A stretch of 46,064 nucleotides of DNA from a virus, in the IMG/VR virus record IMGVR_UViG_3300045988_118513. The stretch is one strand, 5' to 3'. Made by a program: the position numbers and the translations under genes. Below are positions 6,211 through 13,691 of this stretch, piece after piece. How positions within the stretch are numbered: position 1 is the first letter of the stretch; each line of letters begins with the position of its first letter. The notes below the pieces were generated by a model. It had not been told where the DNA came from. It saw only the letters and a program-made list of their open reading frames with translations, and searched no databases.

Positions 6211-6561
6211 ATGAGGGATACCAGCAAGTGCAAGACGATGGCGGCGGGCGAGTACATGACGCCCGAACAGGTGGCGGCGCTGCAGGCGTCGTGGGACGAG
6301 GCTGAGTACGTGCTGCGTGACTCGGCGGGCGCACCCGAGTGGGCGCAGTTTATTGACCATGACGGTGTTGCGTACTCGATTGAAGCTCTCGCGGAGGAAT
6401 GGCTGCGAGACGGAGTGGAGGACGGCGAGCTAGGGCCGAAGGAGCTGCTGATTGCGCTTTCCCCGCAGCTCGTATCCAGAATGATCATGGATCACATTAT
6501 CGAGAGGGTTGAAGCGGGCAAGCTGCGCGCGGTCGTTGACTCGCCCGACGAGTGGAACTGA
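6211..6561 (+). CDS. Hypothetical acidic protein, paralogue family A
   Basis: Frame 6169..6561 trimmed to ATG 6211 after leader ttgaaagctgagtgtgaaaggtgg. Motif VAALQASW...GAPEWAQFIDHDG. Confidence 0.7.
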   Translation: MRDTSKCKTMAAGEYMTPEQVAALQASWDEAEYVLRDSAGAPEWAQFIDHDGVAYSIEALAEEWLRDGVEDGELGPKELLIALSPQLVSRMIMDHIIERVEAGKLRAVVDSPDEWN

Positions 6562-6842
6562 TCGTGGATACTGATAGCCCGAATGCGGCATGGTTTAGGG
6601 CCATGAAATGGGCAACCTTGGCAAATGATGTTGACTATGTGCGAGAGAGTCTTGACCTAAAACTGTTCCGGGAGGGCGTTCGCCACAAGCGCGACGAGCT
6701 GGGCGACCGGCTGGGAGACTCCCCCGAGGCGAGCATGGTTCGCGTGCATGCGCGTGCCGCGCTCGGGGCGCTGGATCATCTAGCCAGCTCGCTTGAAAAC
6801 CTGGCGAACCTGATCGACCCAGACGCGCAGGCAGGATCATAA
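6552..6842 (+). CDS. Hypothetical protein (96 aa, GTG start overlapping the upstream stop)
   Basis: ORF-track 6552..6842. An alternative GTG lies at 6564. No domain recognised. Confidence 0.55.
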   Translation: MELIVDTDSPNAAWFRAMKWATLANDVDYVRESLDLKLFREGVRHKRDELGDRLGDSPEASMVRVHARAALGALDHLASSLENLANLIDPDAQAGS

Positions 6843-6875
6843 GTGCAAGATTGAGAAACGGAAGGTAGTGTGAAC

Positions 6876-7400
6876 ATGGCTTGGTATGACAAGCGCGAGG
6901 TCGCAATGATGGTGACCCGCATCATGGAAACGTGGGAACGCCGATACAATGACACGCTCAGCGAGGACGCCAAGTCCGAGGGATGGAGCGTCGTGTACGA
7001 ACCGCCCGCGGACAGGCTGCGCACGCACTCGATGCGCCTCGTCCAGCTCAAGGGAGACGACCCCAAGGATGTTGCGGAGGAGCGGACGTTCCACATCTTC
7101 CACGGCCCCCTGACGGAGACCATCGTGCGCGAGATGCGTGCGAGCGGTAAGTGGGAGCTGGGGCGCGAATGGCACGTGCCCGTGGAAGCCCGATTCGGGG
7201 CGCTCATGTGGCTGAATCGGTGCAGCCCGGCGACGTCGCACGAATTGCCCGACGCGACGGGCGAGTTCTGGCGTGGCCCCAGCGGGGAGCGACAGTACGG
7301 CGACCACGGGCTGACCCTCGGAATCCTGTACGCGAATTGGCTCTCGGCCAAGGTTGCGCCGCGACGTCGCAGGCTCGCGCAGATGCAGACCGTGGCCTGA
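6876..7400 (+). CDS. Hypothetical protein (174 aa)
   Basis: Frame 6870..7400. ATG 6876 follows leader ttgagaaacggaaggtagtgtgaac. Confidence 0.7.
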   Translation: MAWYDKREVAMMVTRIMETWERRYNDTLSEDAKSEGWSVVYEPPADRLRTHSMRLVQLKGDDPKDVAEERTFHIFHGPLTETIVREMRASGKWELGREWHVPVEARFGALMWLNRCSPATSHELPDATGEFWRGPSGERQYGDHGLTLGILYANWLSAKVAPRRRRLAQMQTVA

Positions 7401-7414
7401 CGCCCGCAGGCCCC

Positions 7415-7522
7415 TGGTTTGGTGGGGTGAGCATTCTCGCCGGGGTGACGGCTAGGGAGGTTCTCTACCTCTCTCTCCCTCCCTGGTTTCCACCCTGGCG
7501 GGTGCGCTCACCTCACCAAACC
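7415..7522 (+). ncRNA. Long rod-like imperfect hairpin with a CU-rich apical loop (candidate structured RNA)
   Basis: Three nested helices: 7415-7432/7505-7522 (18 bp, 1 G:U), 7438-7447/7491-7500 (10 bp, 1 G:U) and 7454-7460/7478-7484 (AGGGAGG/CCTCCCT). The 17-nt loop reads ttctctacctctctctc. The strand is assumed from the flanking genes. Confidence 0.35.
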
Positions 7523-7551
7523 AAGTGGGACACACAGAACATCCAAACTTG

Positions 7552-7597
7552 AGGCCCCTAACCCCGCTTGACGCGCGGGCGGGGGCCTTGTTGTAAC
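7552..7597 (+). terminator. Candidate intrinsic terminator (AGGCCCC/GGGGCCT stem followed by TGTTGT)
   Basis: Stem 7552-7558/7582-7588 with inner CCCGC/GCGGG pairing. The interrupted U-tract ccttgttgtaac recurs at 8620-8631. Confidence 0.35.
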
Positions 7598-7616
7598 CGG
7601 AAACGGAGGGCACCCT

Positions 7617-7925
7617 ATGGGTTCCAATGGCGCTTTGAGCGTACGCGCGGTCGCATGGCTGATGACTCTAGTGGCTTTGGCTGCTGGGCTATGGCTGGGC
7701 AGGGGCATTATGCCTGATCGGCCCGCATACTTCCTGGCGGAAATGCAACAGGGCCGCGTGGTCCTGGTGGAGGGCACGCGGTGGAGAACGGACGACTGTC
7801 ACAAAATTACCAAACGGTTCCCGACAGGGATTCTATCGGAGCCGACTGGTGTCGTGGAGGCGGTGACGCCGGAGGGTGTTCACCGTGGTTGGGCTAGGTT
7901 AGAGCCGCAGGATTGTGCGGCCTAG
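7617..7925 (+). CDS. Small membrane-anchored or secreted protein (102 aa)
   Basis: GGAGGG RBS 6 nt upstream of the ATG. N-terminal hydrophobic segment AVAWLMTLVALAAGLWLG. Flanked by non-coding structured DNA, so moron-like. Confidence 0.7.
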   Translation: MGSNGALSVRAVAWLMTLVALAAGLWLGRGIMPDRPAYFLAEMQQGRVVLVEGTRWRTDDCHKITKRFPTGILSEPTGVVEAVTPEGVHRGWARLEPQDCAA

Positions 7926-8031
7926 CGACTGGTCAAGTGGCGCGAAACACATACCACCGCTACGATCTTACCCGTTGTCAGATAATCCTTACTGGCAACC
8001 CTCCCACACAGGGCACAACACAGGAGTGAAC

Positions 8032-8439
8032 ATGACACAGGAGTCCTACGCAGTCACCGCACACACGAACGACCCCACCGCTGCAAACCTCATCCTCGCA
8101 GCAGTGATAGACGAGGCCCGCCGCACAGGCGCACAAGTCAACATCGGTGGGAGAGTACCCGCCCCAAACGGGAGCATCGTCAACGTCAAAGCCGCGCAGG
8201 GTGACCAACTCGAAGACGCGGCCAACATGTTCATCACATGGGCGGAAGCCGCCGAAAAACCCAAACTCATGCACTCTCCGGCCGAGGTGGCAGCCATGCT
8301 CGGCGTATCCGCCCGCACGCTAGGAGAGTGGAGGTTCACCGGGGCCGGTCCCGCGTTCGTAAAGGTGGGGAGCATCGTCCGCTACCCGCACGACGCACTC
8401 ACGGACTGGATGCAGGCGAATCAGCAGACGGTCGCCTAA
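8032..8439 (+). CDS. HTH DNA-binding protein, excisionase/MerR-like C-terminal domain
   Basis: Frame 7915..8439 trimmed to ATG 8032 (AGGAG RBS). The C-terminus SPAEVAAMLGVSARTLGEWRFTGAGPAFVKVGSIVRYPHDALTDWM matches the excisionase-family HTH pattern. Confidence 0.65.
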   Translation: MTQESYAVTAHTNDPTAANLILAAVIDEARRTGAQVNIGGRVPAPNGSIVNVKAAQGDQLEDAANMFITWAEAAEKPKLMHSPAEVAAMLGVSARTLGEWRFTGAGPAFVKVGSIVRYPHDALTDWMQANQQTVA

Positions 8440-8895
8440 ATGCAAGGAAGCCCGCCCCAGACTAGCCTAAGCGCTTTGCGGCGAGTGTGAGAAACCGTCC
8501 AACGGTTCGCCTGGCGGGGCAAACCTGTCAGATGCGCTTGTAATTGGCCTGTCCAGTGCGGGCTTCCCACACAGAACGTTCAACAGAGAAAACAGACAAA
8601 CCAGGGGGGCATGTCAGTGCCTTGTTGTAACAGGCATGAGTGTAGCACTCCATGCGCGTCGTGCGCAACGTCTTGGCCACAACAAGTCCTTCGTCACTGC
8701 CAGGATTGGGGGGAGAGCAAGAATGTTCTCACCCTGGCGGGGCGGGTTGTAAACCAACTCCAATCAGCTCAGATGCACGATTAGCGGATCACTTGCCGGT
8801 TTTCTTGACGGTCGTGTCGGGTTGCAAATTACCTCCGCCCCACCTCAGACGCGCGCCCGACCGGCGCGCAGACAAACAAGAAAGGAATAGTCAGA

Positions 8896-9255
8896 ATGAC
8901 AACAGCAACGATCACCCGCGAACAGCTCAACGAGGCCATCAACGAGTTCGCAAACAAGATCATGGATGCCCTTGGAGCCGCCGTCACAGACGAGGCAGAG
9001 ACGGAGCCTGAACTGGCCGACACTTACTTCAAGGTGATTGACACTGACGACGAGGAGCTCGTGGTGGACGCTGCCAACATCCCCTGCGGCACGCTGGTGA
9101 CGCGAGGAGTGATTGAGTACTTCCGCTACAGCTTGGGAGAGCAGGACAGTAGCTGCTCGTGGATGTGCTACAACGGAAGGCGGCTTACCCCCGAGGAGTT
9201 CGCGGCAGAAATGCGCGCCGCCTCCCGTACTCCCCGCATCGCCCACTGGGGCTGA
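8896..9255 (+). CDS. Hypothetical protein, paralogue family B member 1
   Basis: RBS aaaggaa. N-terminal helix plus central motif NIPCGTLV. Family assigned by eye alignment. Confidence 0.7.
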   Translation: MTTATITREQLNEAINEFANKIMDALGAAVTDEAETEPELADTYFKVIDTDDEELVVDAANIPCGTLVTRGVIEYFRYSLGEQDSSCSWMCYNGRRLTPEEFAAEMRAASRTPRIAHWG

Positions 9256-9264
9256 CCGGGAAGG

Positions 9265-9603
9265 ATGGGTAGCGTAATGGCAGAACCGAGCGGCCATAAC
9301 AGCGGCATGTACCTCACCGCCCGGCTTTTCAGCCAGACGGGCGCCCCAAAAGCGCCGCCGAACGCAGTCACCATCAATGCTGCAGGCATCCCCATCACGG
9401 TTGACCTGTCCACCCTCCCGCCCGGCACGCTCGTTGACAGCTACGCGACGGGAGAGCTTTTTAAGCTCGCGTACGACAGTTGGGTGGCCATGAGGGAACC
9501 TAACGCAGAGTACACGGACGCGGATGTTGCCGCGCACGTTCGCCTCGGATGGGACGCCGACTTGGAGCGGACAGACTTCAACCTCATTCACGTGGGCGAA
9601 TAG
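9265..9603 (+). CDS. Hypothetical protein, family B member 2
   Basis: Motif DLSTLPPGTLV and C-terminal LIHVGE. An alternative ATG lies at 9277. Confidence 0.65.
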   Translation: MGSVMAEPSGHNSGMYLTARLFSQTGAPKAPPNAVTINAAGIPITVDLSTLPPGTLVDSYATGELFKLAYDSWVAMREPNAEYTDADVAAHVRLGWDADLERTDFNLIHVGE

Positions 9604-9682
9604 CCTGCCCCCCGGCGCATGTTTTCTGGCGGAAACCACGCGCCCACACACAGATTAGTTCAATTGGAAGGAAAACAGACAC

Positions 9683-9883
9683 ATGGCATGGATGCTACTC
9701 AGCGTCGGCCTCGCAATCTTCATCGCAGGACTGACGACCGGCCTCATCCTCAAGGAAATCATCGAATGGCACTACGATGCGGGCGGATGGCTTGGCAACC
9801 TGTTCAACATCGTCTGCCTGGCCCTCATCGGCTACCCCGGCGCATGGCTCACGTTCACCCACATCACGGGGGTGGGACTGTGA
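9683..9883 (+). CDS. Small integral membrane protein (66 aa, two hydrophobic helices)
   Basis: Helices MAWMLLSVGLAIFIAGLTTGLIL and NLFNIVCLALIGYPGAWL. RBS ggaagga. Confidence 0.7.
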   Translation: MAWMLLSVGLAIFIAGLTTGLILKEIIEWHYDAGGWLGNLFNIVCLALIGYPGAWLTFTHITGVGL

Positions 9884-10095
9884 TCGACCGCGTCACCGCA
9901 AACAACATCATCCTCCTGGCAAACAAGTACCAGGGCGACATCGTCAACCAGGTCACGCCCGGAGGCGTCGTCCCTCGCATCGTGTTCGGCCACCGCGACA
10001 ACACAGTCAACATCGGAGACCTCATCGGGAACACGGACCAGGGTGGAATCATCGTCCACCGCGAAGGCGCTTACGAGTGGGAGGTGATCGCATGA
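9880..10095 (+). CDS. Hypothetical protein (71 aa, GTG start in a GTGA overlap)
   Basis: Distal part of ORF-track frame 9619..10095. The upstream part of that frame overlaps the membrane-protein gene and looks non-coding (Arg/His/Pro-rich). Confidence 0.55.
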   Translation: MIDRVTANNIILLANKYQGDIVNQVTPGGVVPRIVFGHRDNTVNIGDLIGNTDQGGIIVHREGAYEWEVIA

Positions 10096-10397
10096 CCATT
10101 CACGGGCTTCTCGCGAGCGCGGCGACTGCGCCGCTCGTGCGCATCATCCGCAATCGCACAATGGACACCGTTCTCCAACGCGAAGGCGATGACCCTACAT
10201 GGACGGTCAAGACCAAGAATCTTGACCTGATCCGCGCGCTGGATGAGGTGTGCGCGCAAGGGCGAGGCATTGAACTGTGCCACACGCATGAGCTGGGTGT
10301 CGTGAAGGCCGCAGAGTACGCGGTTGACGATACTCTCCTCACGTCCATTATGGCCGGGCTGGACGACAATCCGACTAGCCCTCCGGCTGCGGCCTGA
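10092..10397 (+). CDS. Hypothetical protein (101 aa, ATGA overlap)
   Basis: Distal part of frame 9777..10397 starting at MTIHGLLAS. The upstream part is low-complexity shadow. Confidence 0.6.
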   Translation: MTIHGLLASAATAPLVRIIRNRTMDTVLQREGDDPTWTVKTKNLDLIRALDEVCAQGRGIELCHTHELGVVKAAEYAVDDTLLTSIMAGLDDNPTSPPAAA

Positions 10398-10481
10398 CAG
10401 GCCGTTAGGGGCGCGTCTAGGGGCCTTAACTGGCTTGTCCTGGGCGCGCCCCTAACCTATTACCGTTTAGGAGAAAACAAA

Positions 10482-10829
10482 ATGAGCGACGACAAGTACC
10501 TGCAAGCAATCAACGAGGCTCAACGCCTCATCACCACGCTACTCAACGACCCTGAGCACGGCAACCTCACATTCAAGGGCATGGGCGGCCTCGATGACCT
10601 GACCATCACAGGCCCGGAAAAGCTGAACAACCTCTCATCGGGAGCAGTACTCAGCATTGACGACGACGAATGGTTAGCACTTAGTCGCCAAATGGGCAAG
10701 CCGCGACAGTGGCAATGCTACTTAGAGGGGCGGCGAATGGCGAGCAAGGAACTATACATCCACGCCCTCGACAACGCAGACGAACTGTATTACATCCACG
10801 ACGGATACACCGTGGGCGCGGACCTCTAA
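10482..10829 (+). CDS. Hypothetical protein, family B member 3
   Basis: RBS aggaga. Motif LNNLSSGAVL and C-terminal YYIHDG. Confidence 0.7.
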   Translation: MSDDKYLQAINEAQRLITTLLNDPEHGNLTFKGMGGLDDLTITGPEKLNNLSSGAVLSIDDDEWLALSRQMGKPRQWQCYLEGRRMASKELYIHALDNADELYYIHDGYTVGADL

Positions 10830-10845
10830 GGAAGGATGAACACTT

Positions 10846-11184
10846 ATGACAAGCATCGAAACCTACCAGGAGCGCATCACCACTATTAAGGCAAGCGTTG
10901 AGGCCCTCAAGGGCGACAAGCCGCTCATCATCAACAACCTGCCAGGAAGGGCACATCTCGTCGTAAATGAATGGGATGACTTTGACTTCCCGGACGGGAC
11001 CGTCATCGCCGGGGACGGGGATCATGTATACCTGCGAGTCCCCCACGGGCTTACCTTCTGGGTGACGTCCAGTCGTGCCGATATTGAAATGGTCCGCTTC
11101 GGCCTCGGCAAGCTCTACAACCACCTGCGCGAGCGAGCGGCGGCGGGCGAACAGTTCCGTATCGTCTACCAGCCGCCCCAGTAA
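10846..11184 (+). CDS. Hypothetical protein, family B member 4
   Basis: N-terminal helix ETYQERITTIKASVEAL and motif FDFPDGTVI. Confidence 0.7.
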   Translation: MTSIETYQERITTIKASVEALKGDKPLIINNLPGRAHLVVNEWDDFDFPDGTVIAGDGDHVYLRVPHGLTFWVTSSRADIEMVRFGLGKLYNHLRERAAAGEQFRIVYQPPQ

Positions 11185-11196
11185 CGGAGGTTTAGC

Positions 11197-11568
11197 GTGA
11201 ACAAAGACATTCCCCAGGCAATCGCCTGCGAAACAATCCTCCAGAGCATCAGCGGGGCTCGCAAGGCCCTGCACGATGCAGCGAACCCTCCAGCGGACAC
11301 AATCAGCATCACCATTCCCGGCCTCGACAGGCCAATCACCGGAGAGCGCAGCCTGCGGCGACTTCCTCCCGGCACAACGATCCACGTCGCCAAGCATGCG
11401 CCAGTGTTGGGCGCAGTGTACGTCCGAGCGTCATCTAGCCGCCCACACCGCTGGACGCGACACGATGGGATACAGGTTACGGGGGTAGATGTGTTCGCAT
11501 CAATCCTCGACGCAATGCGATATGACGGCGTGATCACCCTCCTGTCGTACGGGCTGGACCCACTGTAA
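11197..11568 (+). CDS. Hypothetical protein, family B member 5 (closest paralogue of 14072..14464)
   Basis: GTG start. KALHDAANPP...ITGERSLRRLPPGTTI...DGVITLLSYG aligns along its length with member 13. Confidence 0.75.
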   Translation: MNKDIPQAIACETILQSISGARKALHDAANPPADTISITIPGLDRPITGERSLRRLPPGTTIHVAKHAPVLGAVYVRASSSRPHRWTRHDGIQVTGVDVFASILDAMRYDGVITLLSYGLDPL

Positions 11569-11589
11569 GCAGCCAGAAAGGCAACCGAA

Positions 11590-11895
11590 ATGGATATCAC
11601 GAAAGAAACCCTGATCGAACACATCGAAAACCTGTTCAACAACATTGACGCAGGCGAGCCAACGGAAAGCACGGTCGAACTCACCGCCCTTGGCGCGGAA
11701 ATCAAGCTCAACCTGTCAACCCTGGCATACGGCGCGATTATCCTCCTCGACGGCACCACGTGGTTCAAGGAGGACAGCGACATGTGGACCACGAACGACG
11801 GAGCCGGGATTAGCCAGCTAGAGCTTGCACAAAGTATTCGCGCCGCCAACCCCGGCGACGCCGTATTCCTCTACAACGGCGAGGTTTACAGGTGA
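11590..11895 (+). CDS. Hypothetical protein, family B member 6
   Basis: Motif LSTLAYGAIILLDG and C-terminal FLYNGEV. Confidence 0.7.
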   Translation: MDITKETLIEHIENLFNNIDAGEPTESTVELTALGAEIKLNLSTLAYGAIILLDGTTWFKEDSDMWTTNDGAGISQLELAQSIRAANPGDAVFLYNGEVYR

Positions 11896-12158
11896 CAGAG
11901 CCAATCAAGCTCGACACCCACTACGACTGCACGGCCAGTCATCACATCACGGAACTGCGCGGCCCCGACCATCTTGCCAGCCTCATGCCCGGCACAATCA
12001 TCCTCATGAACGGCTGGGAATACATGCGCCTAACCGGCAATAGAGGGTGGGTGCACATCAACGGAGTAGTCCGGTCCCACGAGGAAACATGGGACCAGAT
12101 TACTGGCCGCAAGCTGGCGGGGTGGAAGATCAGCCTCCTCCACGTCGGCGCAGCATAA
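11892..12158 (+). CDS. Hypothetical protein, family B member 7
   Basis: GTG start overlapping the upstream stop. Motif LASLMPGTIIL and C-terminal SLLHVG. Confidence 0.65.
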   Translation: MTEPIKLDTHYDCTASHHITELRGPDHLASLMPGTIILMNGWEYMRLTGNRGWVHINGVVRSHEETWDQITGRKLAGWKISLLHVGAA

Positions 12159-12179
12159 ACACTTAGAAAGGAAACAAGT

Positions 12180-12536
12180 GTGCAAACCCTAACTGAAACA
12201 CTCAACCGCTACAACAACGCGGACGACGCGCTCCATGAGGCAATGCAGCTGGTCGAACGGCTCGAACTGGAAACTACCCACATCCTCAATCGCAACACGG
12301 AACCAATCACCGTCCCCATCAGCGGGGATACGGTTCGCGAGATTAAAACCCCAGGTGACCTTAGGGGCCTCACTGAGGGGACCGTAATCAGCATTGGGGG
12401 CATCGAATACATGCGAACAAGCTACGCGTATGGCCCGTGGGTCGACTTTCTCGGCAACAAGCGGTCGCACGTCTACGTGTTTCGCTGCATGCTCGATCAC
12501 GTGGACGAGTGCAAGATCGTCCATGAGGGAAACTGA
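12180..12536 (+). CDS. Hypothetical protein, family B member 8
   Basis: GTG start. Motif TPGDLRGLTEGTVI and C-terminal KIVHEGN. Confidence 0.7.
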   Translation: MQTLTETLNRYNNADDALHEAMQLVERLELETTHILNRNTEPITVPISGDTVREIKTPGDLRGLTEGTVISIGGIEYMRTSYAYGPWVDFLGNKRSHVYVFRCMLDHVDECKIVHEGN

Positions 12537-12549
12537 ACGGAGAACGGAC

Positions 12550-12921
12550 ATGACAACACACATCGTGGAAACCGACGCCGAGAAAGCAGCGCGCGCGGCA
12601 GCCAAAGTGGCGTATGAAAACATTCAAAAGGCGCGTCACGCCCTGTACGTAGCGCACAGAGACTGTTGCGCCCCCGTCCCCATCCCCGTAGTGGGAGGAG
12701 ACTATGTGACGCCATCCAATAGGCGCGACCTGGCACGCCTACTCAATGGCACCATACTCCACACGCCGAACGGCCTGTACGTCAAGCACTGGAAATGGTG
12801 GCGAGGCGAGTATGAGAAAATCTCCCACAAGGAAATGTGGGAACGCATTCTCGGCGCTTACGCAGACAGGCCACTCGACGACGACTTTCTTCTGACCCCA
12901 CCCGAGGAGGTAGCACCGTGA
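12550..12921 (+). CDS. Hypothetical protein, family B member 9
   Basis: Frame 12394..12921 trimmed to ATG 12550 (RBS acggagaa). Motif RRDLARLLNGTIL. Confidence 0.7.
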   Translation: MTTHIVETDAEKAARAAAKVAYENIQKARHALYVAHRDCCAPVPIPVVGGDYVTPSNRRDLARLLNGTILHTPNGLYVKHWKWWRGEYEKISHKEMWERILGAYADRPLDDDFLLTPPEEVAP

Positions 12922-13271
12922 ACCTGCAGGAGCAAGCCCAACACCTGAACAGTATTATCAAGTTCCACCAGAACCTCCTGCGTGAGGTCAGGTACGGGGG
13001 GCGCATCACCATCCCTATCCCGCGAGACGACGGAGGGGAGGATGTGCCAATTCGCACCCCACACGACCTTGCAGATCTCCCCATCGGGACGCGCATCGGC
13101 GTGTGGTGGCAAGAGCTCCGAGTCGTGCCGGGCGGCTTAGCCTACCACGGGCATGAGGAAATCGTGTACACGTTTGAGGGGTTTTGGGACGAGCTGATCG
13201 CATGCACAGCCTTCCCTCCCCGTGACGCAGCGGCCATGCCTCGCATCACGCACATGCCCGAACGCAACTAA
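12918..13271 (+). CDS. Hypothetical protein, family B member 10
   Basis: GTG start in a GTGA overlap. N-terminal QEQAQHLNSIIKFHQNLL and motif TPHDLADLPIGTRI. Confidence 0.7.
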   Translation: MNLQEQAQHLNSIIKFHQNLLREVRYGGRITIPIPRDDGGEDVPIRTPHDLADLPIGTRIGVWWQELRVVPGGLAYHGHEEIVYTFEGFWDELIACTAFPPRDAAAMPRITHMPERN

Positions 13272-13290
13272 CCCCCCGATAGGAGGAAAC

Positions 13291-13635
13291 ATGACAGAAA
13301 CCAATACGGCCCTCACGGAGGCCATCGCCAAGTGTGACGAGATCAAAGCCAGGCTGGAAACGCTACGAGAAATGAGCGAGCCTAAGACTGTTCTGCGGCT
13401 TGAATCCATCGCCCGCCCCGGCGATTATCGGGAGCTACAGTCGGCAGGCGATCTGAAGATTGCCACGCCTGGCACAGTCATTGTCGGGCCGCGCTATCGC
13501 TACTTCCGAACATGCGATCCGGCAAACCCCTGGGCCGACAAATATGGCAACCGGATATCAAATGCGATCCTGTGGAACACTCTCATCCGCGCAGTCGATA
13601 GCGGCGCAACATTCAAGTACCTTGTAGTCAACTAG
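13291..13635 (+). CDS. Hypothetical protein, family B member 11
   Basis: Frame 13222..13635 trimmed to ATG 13291 (AGGAGGA RBS). Motif SAGDLKIATPGTVI. Confidence 0.75.
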   Translation: MTETNTALTEAIAKCDEIKARLETLREMSEPKTVLRLESIARPGDYRELQSAGDLKIATPGTVIVGPRYRYFRTCDPANPWADKYGNRISNAILWNTLIRAVDSGATFKYLVVN

Positions 13636-13691
13636 GCCACTAACTGGAAGCTGGCAGACGTCGCAATAAGGTACACAGAACAGGAACAATC

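Noticed and set aside
8652-9651. ORFs 8652..9011(+), 8829..9023(-) and 8845..9651(-)
   Set aside because: They overlap or lie antisense to better-supported family B genes, or sit in the non-coding gap. The sequences look non-protein-like and there is no RBS.
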